IMG/VR virus record: IMGVR_UViG_2837229570_000001
Strand: one strand, 5' to 3'
Length of the DNA stretch: 64,000 nucleotides
Source: an uncultured virus (IMG/VR IMGVR_UViG_2837229570_000001)
Taxonomy: Duplodnaviria > Heunggongvirae > Uroviricota > Caudoviricetes
Both the position numbers and the translations under genes were made by a program. Shown here piece by piece: positions 1-10,960 of this stretch (the first letter of the stretch is position 1; every line of letters begins with the position of its first letter). The notes under the pieces are model-generated. The model made no database searches and was not told the DNA's origin. It saw only the letters and a program-made list of their open reading frames with translations.

Positions 1-360
1 TCACATCTGCTGGCTCATGGCCTGGTCGGGAGCGTCGCCTTTCTGTTCCTGCTGCTCCTGGAGCTTCTGCTCGTAGGCGTCGTTGACGGCATCCACCAGA
101 GCGTTCCGGGCTTCGGCGGTGATGGCATGGAAGGTGTCGTTGTACTTGGTCTCACCGTTTTTCTTGTAGGAGTCCTGGGGCATGGAGATGAAACGGCCCT
201 TGTCGGACTCGATGACCCGGATGCCGTGGACGGCAAAGGCCCCGCCGATGGTAGCGCTGGCAAAGGCTTTGGTCTTGAAATCTCCGTCCACCAGACGGTC
301 GATCCGCGCCTCCACCTGGGGCGTGGTGGTTTCCTGCTGTTTCTTTTTGGTCGCTGCCAT
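1..360 (-). CDS. SpoVG-family nucleic-acid-binding protein
   Basis: KAFASATIGGAFAVHGIRVIESDKGRFISMP..YNDTFHAIT matches the SpoVG pattern. AGGAG RBS precedes the ATG at 360. Confidence 0.8.
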   Translation of the reverse strand: MAATKKKQQETTTPQVEARIDRLVDGDFKTKAFASATIGGAFAVHGIRVIESDKGRFISMPQDSYKKNGETKYNDTFHAITAEARNALVDAVNDAYEQKLQEQQEQKGDAPDQAMSQQM

Positions 361-380
361 GGTTATCAAGCTCCTTTCAC

Positions 381-1109
381 TCACATGGATGGGGTTGTCA
401 TGCCGGCAGATTCGGCAGGATCTTCCCGCCGGATCTGTTCCAGGCTTTCTCTTGCCCAGTCGGGCAGATGTTCTTCCTTGAGAATGCCGATGAAATCGCT
501 CCGGTTCCACCGGGTTCGCTCCCCGTCACCGAGGCAGGTGGCGTATACCGCTCTGCCCGCAGCGTTGGGGGCGCAGCCGAAGCCGCCGGTCGCCAGCCAG
601 AGCTGATTCTCCGGCGCCCAATAGGACTCCTTCAGCGTGAATGGACTCATTACCAGCACCTTGCCCTCCAGCTCCTGCCCGGTCATATCGTCGCAGTGGG
701 AGCGCACAAACATCCCAAGCGCATCCTGGGCGTCGCGAAACTCATTTACGAAGATGTCCAGAACACCGACGTGACTTTCCACCATGAACTCATAGTTTCG
801 GTCGCTGCGGGGGATAAAGGTCGCAGCGGCCCATTCCTTGTTCCGGCGGCTGAAGCGCCCATCCTCCGGTTTCAGCTGAATGGTTGCGGCCAGCACCCAT
901 CCCACACGCTTGAAGCCAAAGTCCTCGATGACGCCCCTGGCGCAGTCGTGACTCAGGTGCATCCCATCAAAGCCCTTGCGGATGGCCTCCTCGATGGCCT
1001 GCTTACAGGCGATGTTCTCCAAGTGGCTTGCCCGCCAGAGAGCCACCTCGTTTTGCCGTTTGGCCTCGGAGATGGAACTGAGGTAGAGGTAGGCGTGATC
1101 CTTAGTCAT
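381..1109 (-). CDS. DUF3849-like ICE protein
   Basis: WRASHLENIACKQAIEEAI..DGRFSRRNKEWA and ATGGFGC motifs. Start reassigned to MTKDH. Confidence 0.7.
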   Translation of the reverse strand: MTKDHAYLYLSSISEAKRQNEVALWRASHLENIACKQAIEEAIRKGFDGMHLSHDCARGVIEDFGFKRVGWVLAATIQLKPEDGRFSRRNKEWAAATFIPRSDRNYEFMVESHVGVLDIFVNEFRDAQDALGMFVRSHCDDMTGQELEGKVLVMSPFTLKESYWAPENQLWLATGGFGCAPNAAGRAVYATCLGDGERTRWNRSDFIGILKEEHLPDWARESLEQIRREDPAESAGMTTPSM

Positions 1110-1608
1110 CGTCCTCGTCCTCATCCAGCTCCATGACTGCCTTGACCAGCTTCTCGAAATCGACCCTGTCGATGCCGAGCTGTTCCAGGCTCTTGTCCAG
1201 CTCGGACGCCCACTTGGTCTTGCGATCATCGGATACCACCAGAACAGCGCCGTCCACGCTGACCACACGGAGGTTGTCGTGCAGGATGCCGGCATCCGCA
1301 AAGGCCTCCGCAGGAATGGGCAGCATATCCTCGCCGCAGCCAGAACAACCGTCGCACGGGTCCGCATCGCCCTCCTGCTTCTCCCATCCGGCCATCATAT
1401 CCGCCCACAGGCTGTTGACCAGACGAATCAGCGCCATCATAGCGGTGGCTTTCTCCACCGGCTCCATCTCCTGCTTGAGCAGGACAATGGCGTTTTCCAG
1501 GATATGCATCTCCAGCGTTTCCTCCCGCTCGAGGCCGCTCAGGGTGAGGGCCGCCGGCTGGATAACGGCCTTGCCGTCGTTGGTGTACTTGATAAAGGTC
1601 ATCTTCAT
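1102..1608 (-). CDS. Hypothetical protein (possibly AbrB-like)
   Basis: 168-aa ORF translationally coupled to both neighbours. Confidence 0.55.
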   Translation of the reverse strand: MKMTFIKYTNDGKAVIQPAALTLSGLEREETLEMHILENAIVLLKQEMEPVEKATAMMALIRLVNSLWADMMAGWEKQEGDADPCDGCSGCGEDMLPIPAEAFADAGILHDNLRVVSVDGAVLVVSDDRKTKWASELDKSLEQLGIDRVDFEKLVKAVMELDEDEDDD

Positions 1609-2588
1609 TCCTCCGTTTTATCAGATTTTGTTTTCGGTTCGTGGATCAGCGTGTAGCGCCCGTCGTCTTCCTCCGCGGCTGACAGATTGAAAATGCTGAG
1701 CTGCCAATGCCTTGCGGAGTTATAGAGACGGGGATCGTAGTTGGTGATGACGATCTCCTCGTATTCGCTTCCGGCTTTCTGGGACATACTGTTGGGGCGT
1801 GTGGTGTAGAAGATGTAAAACTCCTTGTACAGATCTACGATGAAGGGGCAGTAGTTGTAGGAAACCATCACAAACCCCTGGCACTCCAGAAGCGCATCGT
1901 GGAGGCGCTGGTGGCCTTCCTTGGGAAAGCCCACCGCATAGCAGTCCTCCGCATCGTAGTAAGGCGGGTCACAGTAGAAGAATGCGTCTTCCCGGTCATA
2001 TTGGCGGATGAGGTCGACGCAGTCCTTGTTCTCGATGACCACCTCCGCCAGTCTGCGTGAGCACTCCCAGACCAGATGGAAAAAGCGGCGGATGTCGCAG
2101 GATTTTCCGGCGAAGGACTTTGCGCCGCCGCTGAAGCTGTACCGGATAAGCTTGAAATAGTCAGCAGCCCGCCGCACATCTCCGCGAGGCGCTCGTTCCA
2201 GCATCATCCTTCGGATGGTTTTGGCATCCGGCGGTTCCAGATATCGCTGGGTCAGTTCCATCTCCTCGTCCAGATAGTCATCGGTGAATTCCTCACGGGA
2301 GAAAAACTTATACAGCACATTGAAGTCATCACGGGTGTTCAGCGGCAGGAAGCCAAGCTCCAGAAGGAGCGCCATGGTTCTGTTTTTGACACAGCAGAAC
2401 AGATTGGTCAGGTCGCCGTTGAAATCGTTATAAACCTCCATGCATCCCTGCTGGATCGGACGGCTCAGTGTTACTGTCCCGCTGCCGCCGAACACATCGA
2501 TAAACCGGGAATAGCGCGAGGGGGACAGCTTGTGGATCAGCCAGAGCAGCTTGCTTTTGCCTCCCACCCAGGGGATGAAGCTTTTCAA
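1605..2588 (-). CDS. Dam/D12-class N6-adenine DNA methyltransferase
   Basis: PWVGGKSKL, DVFGGSG, YNDFN and YCDPPY motifs. Confidence 0.9.
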   Translation of the reverse strand: MKSFIPWVGGKSKLLWLIHKLSPSRYSRFIDVFGGSGTVTLSRPIQQGCMEVYNDFNGDLTNLFCCVKNRTMALLLELGFLPLNTRDDFNVLYKFFSREEFTDDYLDEEMELTQRYLEPPDAKTIRRMMLERAPRGDVRRAADYFKLIRYSFSGGAKSFAGKSCDIRRFFHLVWECSRRLAEVVIENKDCVDLIRQYDREDAFFYCDPPYYDAEDCYAVGFPKEGHQRLHDALLECQGFVMVSYNYCPFIVDLYKEFYIFYTTRPNSMSQKAGSEYEEIVITNYDPRLYNSARHWQLSIFNLSAAEEDDGRYTLIHEPKTKSDKTEE

Positions 2589-2923
2589 GCGGTATCACCT
2601 CCCTCCAGAGGGAGGGATATCTGGCCGCTGTCGGTAAATTGCTCCAACGCTTTTGTGAGGCCGCGCTCCGCATGGGCGATCTTCTTGATCCTGCTTCGGA
2701 GCTGCCGGATCGTCCTCCGCAGCTCCTCCTCGGTGCCGGCGTAATAATAGCCGGCATCAGAGCTGCAAATGGGGATGCCGTCCCCGCGCAGGCTGTTGAT
2801 CAACCGTCGCAGGTCGGGTCCGCGGATCTGAAAAGCGGCCTCCAGCTCACGGCTGGGGACGACTCTCAGCTCACCGCAGTGATACTCCTTCAGGTGTTTG
2901 GCAATAGGGTTGTCCGTCGTCAT
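2585..2923 (-). CDS. Winged-HTH protein
   Basis: SRELE..DLRRLINSLRGDGIPICS..GYYYA. Confidence 0.6.
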   Translation of the reverse strand: MTTDNPIAKHLKEYHCGELRVVPSRELEAAFQIRGPDLRRLINSLRGDGIPICSSDAGYYYAGTEEELRRTIRQLRSRIKKIAHAERGLTKALEQFTDSGQISLPLEGGDTA

Positions 2924-2961
2924 GAAGACTCCTTTCCGGGACAGTTACCCGGAAAGAGCGC

Positions 2962-3003
2962 AAAAAAAGAAGGGGCCGTTCGTCCCTTTCGGGTAACGGC
3001 CCC
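2962..3003 (-). terminator. Rho-independent terminator
   Basis: GGGGCCGTT/AACGGCCCC stem followed by a T-run on the minus strand. Confidence 0.6.
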
Positions 3004-3079
3004 TGTAGCTTTCAGGCTATTTGACTCTTTTTATTTCATCACCTCCGTTGCGGCGAAGACTGGTCTGTGCGGCAGCTTT

Positions 3080-4120
3080 TCACATGGACATGGTCGGCTC
3101 CATCTCCGGCTGACTGTACTCATAGACCGGCTCTGTGCCGTTCCAGGATACAAACCCATGTTCTGCGGCGGACAGGCCCATGCGCTTCATTCTCTGATTG
3201 GCATAGCCCTCAGCGTCAAAGCAGGAGGCGAGCAGTTCGTCCTTGGGATAGATGCCATCCCGTTTTGCCAGCTCTTTTCCGAAATCGACAAGATCCATGT
3301 CACGGGGCATGAAGTGATAGCAGTGGAGGTTCTGCGCCAGATCTAAGGCGTAATCCAGGCGGTGGCAGTCCTCCAGCTCCATGACTGCCTGCCACTTATC
3401 CAGCCATTTGGGTTCTCCCTGTCCCTGCTCGCCCCAGATGTAACCAAAGTCGATGGCATGGCGGACAAGTTCCGACGCGGAGCCGTACTGGGAGAGGATG
3501 TCCTTCAGCTGCGGGAGGCAGCAGTCCACATCCACAGCAATGCACTCGGTCACGGATTCGACCTCCAGTGCGTCCAGCGCCAGGAGAAGTTCGTCCGGGT
3601 GTGCGGCGTCCATGTATTCGCCGGTGTCCGGGAAGCCCACCCACACGCCGTCCATGTTGGTTCGGCTGGCCAGCTTGACTCGGATGCCGTAGTCACCTTT
3701 GTCGGGATTCATCGAAGGGTTACTGTCCAGAAACGGATCGATTAAAGAGGTGCCCTTGATAAAGTGCCCGTCGCAGAAAGTGTTTCCGCCCTTTTGGCGG
3801 TAAGCCGCACCCACTTTTTCCGGGTCAAGAAACTCCCGCGCTTGATCAGAGGGACGCTGGATCTGCTCCATGATGAATTTGCCCAGCTGAACATCATCCC
3901 CGGCCCCATAGAACAGATCATAGTGATCCAATTGACTTGCAATCAGCATCACATCGCAGGTCATCCTCGGCTGCTCGATCTGCATTGCTCCGCGGAACAG
4001 AAGGCTTTCTTTTACCGTCATGTTCTCGAATCGCCGTTCCAGCCAGTCGTGTTGGGATTTGGTCATTTCAAAACCGTCCAGAAGATCCAGGAGTTGCCTG
4101 GTTTGCCGACTCGCCATCAC
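3080..4120 (-). CDS. ArdA-like acidic antirestriction protein
   Basis: Acidic ORF with FDAEGY and AEHGFV motifs resembling the ArdA C-terminal domain. Confidence 0.45.
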   Translation of the reverse strand: MMASRQTRQLLDLLDGFEMTKSQHDWLERRFENMTVKESLLFRGAMQIEQPRMTCDVMLIASQLDHYDLFYGAGDDVQLGKFIMEQIQRPSDQAREFLDPEKVGAAYRQKGGNTFCDGHFIKGTSLIDPFLDSNPSMNPDKGDYGIRVKLASRTNMDGVWVGFPDTGEYMDAAHPDELLLALDALEVESVTECIAVDVDCCLPQLKDILSQYGSASELVRHAIDFGYIWGEQGQGEPKWLDKWQAVMELEDCHRLDYALDLAQNLHCYHFMPRDMDLVDFGKELAKRDGIYPKDELLASCFDAEGYANQRMKRMGLSAAEHGFVSWNGTEPVYEYSQPEMEPTMSM

Positions 4121-5295
4121 ATCATCTCCATTCCGGCATTTTCTGCCTGTGTTTCTTCATTGCGGATCGGCTCGCCATCTCTGCGCTGAACCAGCCCGTA
4201 GGGGGTCAGCAGAGCGTTGTGTGCTGCCATGACATCCTGACCATAGTTGTAGAGGACGACGTGCTTCTGCAGAATGGACCGGGAATGCTCATCCACAATG
4301 AAGCGAAGTTCCTCTATGGCTACCTCCTCGGGGGTTCGCTGATCAGGCTCGAGCAGATAGTCATCCAGATTTTCCGCAATCTGGACAGCGGCAGCGATAT
4401 CGTGACAATCTGCCGCAAGGATAACTGCCTTGAATTTGGAAAGTTCTCCTTGTGTGCTCAGCTCCTTAAAGCATTTGGCCAACTCGTTCAGTCCATGGAT
4501 ATCGTCGCAGTCCGTGTTTTCCAGAAGCGCAGGCATCGCGCTGTCCTCCACCTGGAAGACCATTTCCGACCAGGAGGCGCCTCCGCAAGCCTCCAGCACG
4601 GCATCCAGCCGTTCCTGCGTGGCTGGCAGATCCAGACACATCATGTTATCCGGCTGCTCATTGGAGTGGAAGGGATACCTGCCGACCGTCAGGCGGATGC
4701 CGTATTCCGGCGCTTCGGGAAGCAAGGCCAGGCTGTCATATACCTGCTTCAGCTCGGTGTGCTGCGTGACATACCCGCCGCTTGCGAAAACGCCGCCCTC
4801 CTCAAACCTGGCTTTTCTTCCGAGCATCTCAAAGTCAAGATACTCGAAGATGGAATCCGGAACTTTTTCCAGGGCAGGGATGAAATCGTTCTCCGCATAG
4901 AACCTGCCGAGCTGCTCGTCCGTCGTGGCGTTGACCACATGACAGCAGTCTGCGCTGTAGGCCAGGTCGATCATGGTGGCAACGCTGATGGGACCGTATT
5001 TTTTGGCCACCTCCATGTTGAACAGCCCTTCGAAGGCCGTTCTTTCTCTGCCGTTCATCTGTCCCAGGCAGGTTGCCAGCGCATTGAGCTGATACAGATC
5101 GCATTCATGGGTCAGATGGACATGGAGGAACTGAAAACCATGGTGTTCAAGGAATTCCCACCTCGGCTTGTCGCCCAATGTCATTTGGAGCTTGTCCAGT
5201 GCGTCCGAAAGGCCATAGTAGGTAGCCGGAAGCTCCAGATCGCACCACCGATCCGTTTTTCCGCCGAACAGCTCCACACGGAACACTTCATTCAA
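4117..5295 (-). CDS. ArdA-like acidic antirestriction protein (two-domain)
   Basis: [12 protein letters not shown] and [13 protein letters not shown] motifs. Confidence 0.55.
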   Translation of the reverse strand: MNEVFRVELFGGKTDRWCDLELPATYYGLSDALDKLQMTLGDKPRWEFLEHHGFQFLHVHLTHECDLYQLNALATCLGQMNGRERTAFEGLFNMEVAKKYGPISVATMIDLAYSADCCHVVNATTDEQLGRFYAENDFIPALEKVPDSIFEYLDFEMLGRKARFEEGGVFASGGYVTQHTELKQVYDSLALLPEAPEYGIRLTVGRYPFHSNEQPDNMMCLDLPATQERLDAVLEACGGASWSEMVFQVEDSAMPALLENTDCDDIHGLNELAKCFKELSTQGELSKFKAVILAADCHDIAAAVQIAENLDDYLLEPDQRTPEEVAIEELRFIVDEHSRSILQKHVVLYNYGQDVMAAHNALLTPYGLVQRRDGEPIRNEETQAENAGMEMM

Positions 5296-6277
5296 GGGTC
5301 ATCCCTCCCATTTGGGGCCTGTAGTCCTCCTCATATTTGGCGGGATCGGCACCGGGGACATCCCAGCCACACATACTGCCCACTTCCATAGCCTGGCGCT
5401 GGATGGGGTTGACTCCCAGCTTTTCATTCATCTTATCCGCCAGCTCCACATTTTGCTCCTTGTCGCCGGTGTCCCAATCGGAGGGGTAGTAGCCGGACTC
5501 GCCCCGGCGGATACAGATGAGGTCACCGGTGGACTTGAGAGTCGAGAAGCACATCTCCGGCAGCCCCTCCGCCACTCTGGGCGCGAAGCGTTCTGCCTCG
5601 GTCTGGATGTCCCAATCATCCTCCACGCTCCACAGATGGACATACAGCTCATCGTCGCCGGCGCAGATCTCCCGCTGTTCGAAGCCCTCGCCCCAGCCAT
5701 CCGACGCCTGTCCGGAGATATACTCTTTCAGGGTGATCAGTTCCTCCGGGGTGAGGGTGCCAACCACGCGGCACTCGGCAACACCCCAGAGCTGGCCGTT
5801 CCGATCCTCAACGGTGAACACGACAGATTTGACCTTCTGGTTGACGCTGTCATCCTCGCCATACCAGTGCATGATGCCGCTCTCGGATTCTTCCGGCATC
5901 CGGTTGTTGATCAGAGCCCTGAGGATCTCGCCTTCATAGACCCGCAGCGACCTCCCGTCCAACTGAGTGCAGTCATCCTCCATCTCTCCATACTCGTTGC
6001 GGGTGTAGAGATCCGCTGTCAGGGGCATATACAGCTTCAGCGTGGTAGGCTCGGGCGGCAGCACAGAGAAGCTGTCCTCTCCTATGGTCAGCGCCAGGGT
6101 TCTGCCATTGTCCCACTTCATGTGGAACTGGCCGGCATCGTCGATGTAGTCCAGAGTCCCCGTGCTGCCCGGCTCCAGCGGGGCATAGGGGTCTTTCATC
6201 TCTCTGAGCTTGATCCTTGAGCCTGCGGGAAACTGTTCTCGGAGAAAGCTCAACCACTCTCTCGGAATTTCTCTCAT
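5288..6277 (-). CDS. DUF4314-domain protein
   Basis: [42 protein letters not shown]. Confidence 0.75.
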   Translation of the reverse strand: MREIPREWLSFLREQFPAGSRIKLREMKDPYAPLEPGSTGTLDYIDDAGQFHMKWDNGRTLALTIGEDSFSVLPPEPTTLKLYMPLTADLYTRNEYGEMEDDCTQLDGRSLRVYEGEILRALINNRMPEESESGIMHWYGEDDSVNQKVKSVVFTVEDRNGQLWGVAECRVVGTLTPEELITLKEYISGQASDGWGEGFEQREICAGDDELYVHLWSVEDDWDIQTEAERFAPRVAEGLPEMCFSTLKSTGDLICIRRGESGYYPSDWDTGDKEQNVELADKMNEKLGVNPIQRQAMEVGSMCGWDVPGADPAKYEEDYRPQMGGMTLE

Positions 6278-7134
6278 GATAATCCTCCCATTGTCATGCC
6301 CTGCTGGGGCGTATTCTGCTCCAACTCCAATCGGAGCGTTTCTACTGCTGCGGCGACCTCCGGGTCGCACTTGAAGCTGTCCAGCTTCAAGTGGTCTGTA
6401 AAGAATTGCTGTTCCCCATCCAGAGAGCGTACCAGATCCACCGTGGCGATTCCGTCTTTAGTGACGCCAATCCGTTTCTCTGGACGGTCGCTGCCCAGAT
6501 AGGTGTGGATGGCCTCCTCCAAGGTCAGATCCCGGAAGATATGTTCTCCAGAGGTGTTGCAGTCAGTAATCACGAACCAGGCGTAGGTGTGGGGCAGAGT
6601 TTGGTCGGCAGCATCCTGCATGGCTTTGATGCCCTTTTCCGTCAGGCCGTAATTACAGGCTCGCCTTGGGTTATCTTCTCCGGCAAAGTCCAGCAGGATA
6701 TCATCCACCGCTTTGCAGATGTCCGGGTTCTCGGTCAGGAGCTTGTAGCGGAAGCCGGTAGTGGACATATAGTATGCGGCATAGTCTAATTTTTCGAAGT
6801 GCGGCTCCTCACAGGTCTGAACCAGTGCTTCTAAGGTTTGAGGATTCCGCAGGACATTCAAATACACATCTTTTCCGCGTGATACAAGCCAGAGCCGAAA
6901 ACTTGAGAATCCTTCTTCCTCGCTGTGGATGCCAAGCTCGAGGCTTTTGTCCCAGAGGTCGCTCCGGTAGGCGGCCCGGCCATACTCATTCAAAATTTCC
7001 TGCCAGTCCAGAATATCTTCTCTCTCGCGGTGGAGAAGGGCCTCTACGATCCTGCAGAAGTAGGTTTCTTGATCATGATCCTGCATGGATCGGTTTGTCT
7101 CATCAATGATTTGCCAGAATTGCTCTTTTTTCAT
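6274..7134 (-). CDS. DUF4240-like N-terminus joined to a second ICE-type domain
   Basis: [25 protein letters not shown] is DUF4240-like. AAGGAG RBS. Confidence 0.55.
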   Translation of the reverse strand: MKKEQFWQIIDETNRSMQDHDQETYFCRIVEALLHREREDILDWQEILNEYGRAAYRSDLWDKSLELGIHSEEEGFSSFRLWLVSRGKDVYLNVLRNPQTLEALVQTCEEPHFEKLDYAAYYMSTTGFRYKLLTENPDICKAVDDILLDFAGEDNPRRACNYGLTEKGIKAMQDAADQTLPHTYAWFVITDCNTSGEHIFRDLTLEEAIHTYLGSDRPEKRIGVTKDGIATVDLVRSLDGEQQFFTDHLKLDSFKCDPEVAAAVETLRLELEQNTPQQGMTMGGLS

Positions 7135-7210
7135 TGCTTCTCCTTCTCTATAGTACGAATGATCAACAAAATAAAGCATGGTTTTCGTCTTTCCTCGATT
7201 ACCGGATGGC

Positions 7211-7948
7211 TCAGGTCATGCGCATTTCAAATTCCGGCTCCGGGGACTCCATGATCTGTTCCAAGTGCTGCGGGTCTACGATGACCTCGCTTTCATTTCT
7301 GCCTGTGAACAGAGCCAGGATGTGTTCCTTTCGAATCTGCGCTTCATACACCGTTCCCTCCTCACCGAAGCGGTGGGCAAACCAGTCCGCCGTTTTCCGG
7401 TCCAGTGTCCAGGACAGCGCCCTGACATTTTTGGCGTTGTAGGGGGTAACGCCCCGATAGACCGTCACCGTATCCTCCAGCGCCTGGTGTGCGGCGCGCT
7501 CCTCCTCGTCCATCAGGGACTCCGGAGGGACGGATTGGAACAAGGCCACCAGTTCTCGTTTGCTCACATTGCAGTCCTGATTGGGGCATTCCTCCTGTGT
7601 CCAGGCGGTGGATAAGAGCTGTCCCAGATCCTTCTCCGAGAGAGCGGAGGCGGCAAATTTGATAAAAGTCAGATAATAGGGCGGGTTGAGCAGTACGAAA
7701 ATCTGATGGACATTTTCGGCGCTGTCTATCTGCTCCCCAACCTTTCTGCGCCACCTTGTGCAGTCATCCGAATTGTTGATCAGGTCGACCATGGAGAGGC
7801 TCCCATCCTCATTCCGAAGCGCGGAGATCCCGGAGTTTGTGAAGGGGTGGCTGACGATCACCGGGGAGAGGGCCGTTTCCTGGATCTGCACATCGAGGAG
7901 GGTGTGCGCCACCAGCTTTACGCGGAGCAGATCGGTTTCACGGGGCAT
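7211..7948 (-). CDS. Hypothetical protein (R-S-E pattern reminiscent of ADP-ribosyltransferase folds)
   Basis: TVYRG..LSWTLD..A.WFA.R..NESEVIV. Confidence 0.5.
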   Translation of the reverse strand: MPRETDLLRVKLVAHTLLDVQIQETALSPVIVSHPFTNSGISALRNEDGSLSMVDLINNSDDCTRWRRKVGEQIDSAENVHQIFVLLNPPYYLTFIKFAASALSEKDLGQLLSTAWTQEECPNQDCNVSKRELVALFQSVPPESLMDEEERAAHQALEDTVTVYRGVTPYNAKNVRALSWTLDRKTADWFAHRFGEEGTVYEAQIRKEHILALFTGRNESEVIVDPQHLEQIMESPEPEFEMRMT

Positions 7949-9069
7949 CAGGAAAGGCCTCCCATCTCCATCGCCTGGGTTTCCTCAGCGAAGGGGCTGC
8001 TGCATCGGCGGATCAGGCCAAACTCGGTTCGCCGGACTCCTTCCTCCGCCATAGTGTCCTCACCCAGCTTCTCGAAATCCATATACCCGTCGATGGTATC
8101 AATCAGCTCGTCATCAGCACCGATGCGCCGAAGGACTGCTTGCCCGTATTCGTAGGTGTCCTCCGTGATACGCTCATAGTCGTCCAGATTCATGGCATAT
8201 CGAAGAGCATCCTGCATGGTTTCCGGCCGCTCCACAGAAAGAACCGACAGGTATTTCATCAGCTCGCCGTCTTCAAGCTGCATCCCCTCGATGGCCCAAG
8301 CCAATTCGTTTGCATCTTCCACGCATACTCCCGTGGTGGGAATGTGCTCGTCCATATAGGGAACGGAAAACGACACCTTGGTTACTGCTGCCTCTGCAAA
8401 ACAATCGATTCCCAGTGTTCTTTTTACTCGCTCCAATTCTTCCTTCGTTGCCGGAAGGCAGATACTCACTTGCGCTTGGGAAGAGGAGAGGTCAAGCTGG
8501 ATCTTCGATTTTTTCTCTCTGACAAGCTCATCATCCTGCTTGCGGAGCACATAGCCGGCATAGGTATAGACACCGCCATGCTCGGCATAGTATTCTGCGC
8601 CGATTTTTGCGAAGTCCAGGTAGGGCCAGGCTGCTTCGGGGAATCTGGGATCGCCCTGAATCTGACCGGCAACAGCGACATAACGGCCAAGCGTCACATC
8701 TGAATTGACATTGGGAATGAGGATATAGTCCGACACCTGTTCCGCCACACGAATCATATCGTTCAGATCATTGATGCTGTTGCCATCCAAGGCGCCGGCA
8801 TAGATGTTCCGTTCGCGGGAGTCCATTTTGGCAATGATGCTCGAAAGCTGATTCAGCTGTGCAAGCTGCGTTCTGGAATCAGGGTCGAGTCCGCTGAGGT
8901 ACGACGGCAGATTGGCGATCACGCTTTTGATCTCGACGATCTCTGTTTTTCCTGCTCTGCTGGCCTCATCAAGCTGGCTGGCCGCTTCTGTCATAGCGTC
9001 ATGAGATGCGGGCAAATTGAGCGGGACAATGACAGGACTCCCACTTCGTTTCATGAAAAGTCGGATCAT
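7948..9069 (-). CDS. ArdA-like acidic antirestriction protein
   Basis: YLDFAKIG..AGYV and YMDFEKLG..TEFGLIRR motifs. Confidence 0.55.
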   Translation of the reverse strand: MIRLFMKRSGSPVIVPLNLPASHDAMTEAASQLDEASRAGKTEIVEIKSVIANLPSYLSGLDPDSRTQLAQLNQLSSIIAKMDSRERNIYAGALDGNSINDLNDMIRVAEQVSDYILIPNVNSDVTLGRYVAVAGQIQGDPRFPEAAWPYLDFAKIGAEYYAEHGGVYTYAGYVLRKQDDELVREKKSKIQLDLSSSQAQVSICLPATKEELERVKRTLGIDCFAEAAVTKVSFSVPYMDEHIPTTGVCVEDANELAWAIEGMQLEDGELMKYLSVLSVERPETMQDALRYAMNLDDYERITEDTYEYGQAVLRRIGADDELIDTIDGYMDFEKLGEDTMAEEGVRRTEFGLIRRCSSPFAEETQAMEMGGLS

Positions 9070-10268
9070 GTCATTCCTCCCATCTGAACCCCCTGTTCCC
9101 GCTGGCACTGATCCATCGGATCTTCTGCCATCAGTTCCTCCAGATCTACTGTGCCAACATAGGCGATGTAGCCTCGGTCGGTAAACACGCCCGACTGATA
9201 GTCCATGTGCTGCAGGCCATACCGCTCGTAGTCATAAAACTCGTCCAGATTGGGGTCATACTCAAAATGGCCGGATCTCTGAATCATGTATTTCCCATAT
9301 TCCTCGGGGGTATGAGCGCCGGAGGCGAATTCAAACAGATCCATGTTTTCCGCCAGACGGCGGATCTGGCTGGCGTTTTCCGGCTTGGCCATGCTTACTG
9401 CCGCTCCCAACTTCTTGCGGTCATGAATCGAAAACTTCTCCACAGCCAGCGCCAGCTCATTGAGTTCGTGGATGTTATCGCACTGGAAGTCCAGTGCTAC
9501 ATCCACTTCCTCTGGGAATGAACTGTCAGCTATAAAGAGGCGCATATCCTTTGGGTCAGCAATGCCGGAACGCTGCATGGCGCGCTCAATTTGTCCTTTT
9601 GATGCAGGGAGATAGATCCAGGTCACATTCCTGCTGTTCTCCTGCTCCCACCGGGAGGATATCCCGATAGCAGTCATATCGGCCTCATAGTGGTAGCAGG
9701 GCAGGTGCTTCCCATCATAGAGCTGTGAAAGCTGCACGCCGTTGTCATAGACCACTCCGTAGCGGGTGATAGTCCCCTCATTGTCCTCAATCAACAGGAC
9801 AGCGGTTTCCACTCCGTCCAGCTGTTCCAGTTCTTCCATGCTGGCACACCCGCCATGGATGTTCATGTAGTGATCACGGCCAACCTCTTTCAAATTTGTG
9901 AAGTCCGTGATCACCGTCGCCTGCTGACAGCAGAAGGTCAGGTTGATGAGATCCTTCATGCTGGTGAGATTCAGCTTTTCAGCCATCGCCTGAAATTGCG
10001 AAAACTCGCCCACAGTAAAGCTGTCCAGCCGCTTGGCCAGATAGTCCAGCTCGTCCAGATTGACCTTGGTGCTCACCAGCCGATTCAGCACGGGCCATGC
10101 GCTGTCGAGGGAGTCCAAGCGGCAGTCGGCTTCAGAGGTATCGCCGATCTCCATTGCCTCCAACAGCGCAACGCAGTGGTCGTATTGATTTCTGGGAATG
10201 GGAAGAGGGATCGTCGCAACACCGTATTCCGGGTGGTCGGCGTTGCTCAGAACTGCTTCCATCATCAC
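9066..10268 (-). CDS. ArdA-like acidic antirestriction protein
   Basis: NLDELDYLAKRLDSF and FYDYERYG..FTDRGYI motifs. Confidence 0.6.
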   Translation of the reverse strand: MMMEAVLSNADHPEYGVATIPLPIPRNQYDHCVALLEAMEIGDTSEADCRLDSLDSAWPVLNRLVSTKVNLDELDYLAKRLDSFTVGEFSQFQAMAEKLNLTSMKDLINLTFCCQQATVITDFTNLKEVGRDHYMNIHGGCASMEELEQLDGVETAVLLIEDNEGTITRYGVVYDNGVQLSQLYDGKHLPCYHYEADMTAIGISSRWEQENSRNVTWIYLPASKGQIERAMQRSGIADPKDMRLFIADSSFPEEVDVALDFQCDNIHELNELALAVEKFSIHDRKKLGAAVSMAKPENASQIRRLAENMDLFEFASGAHTPEEYGKYMIQRSGHFEYDPNLDEFYDYERYGLQHMDYQSGVFTDRGYIAYVGTVDLEELMAEDPMDQCQREQGVQMGGMT

Positions 10269-10279
10269 ATTGCATCACC

Positions 10280-10960
10280 TTACTTTCCTTCAAAATTCAA
10301 AATCGCATCTCCGTACTTGGCCAGAAGCAGAGCGCAGACAATCAGGTAGAACGCCTCATCTGTGACCAATTCGGGGGATGCGAGATCGGCAAGAGTGATA
10401 TTGCGGCTGCCGGTGGAGATGGCTTTGGCCGCCTGATAAACACTGTACAGTTCCGGCTGGATGCCAGAAAGCTGGACGGACTGGAAGTCAAATCCGCAGG
10501 CATCAAACTTCCAGATCATCCTGCGCCAGATATCCTCATACGCCGTGAGAAGAAACAGTGCGGCCAGGTTACGGTTCGGCATTCGAAAACAGCGCTCACG
10601 TCAGTGCTGCCAGCGCTCACGATGACTATCGCTCAGGAAAAATTCAATGGAGCAGCCATTGAAACTCCTCTCTAACCGGGCCTGAAGCTGCGCTCCAGCT
10701 TCAGGGAAGAAGCAATCCCTGACAAACTCGTTGAGGTCAATCGCACCAGCCACGATCCGTTCATCCAGACAGACGCACTGCTCCAAAGGGCAGGGATGAT
10801 TGCGTCTGAAGTTCATGCAGTATGGGCACTCCATGTCATCTCTGCTATATTGAAAACCGGGATAGTATCGGCCATGGCCTCTGGGCTTGAAATAGGGCGG
10901 GGTCATCATCTGCTGTTCCATCTGGCACAGCGGTGTATCCCGCATGAAGTAGCGTGTCAT
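10280..10960 (-). pseudogene. DUF6075-like gene interrupted by an in-frame TGA at 10601-10603
   Basis: ORFs 10601-10960 and 10280-10582 share a frame and read ..HRERWQH*RERCFRMPNRNLAALFLL. The second ATG has no RBS. Confidence 0.6.
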
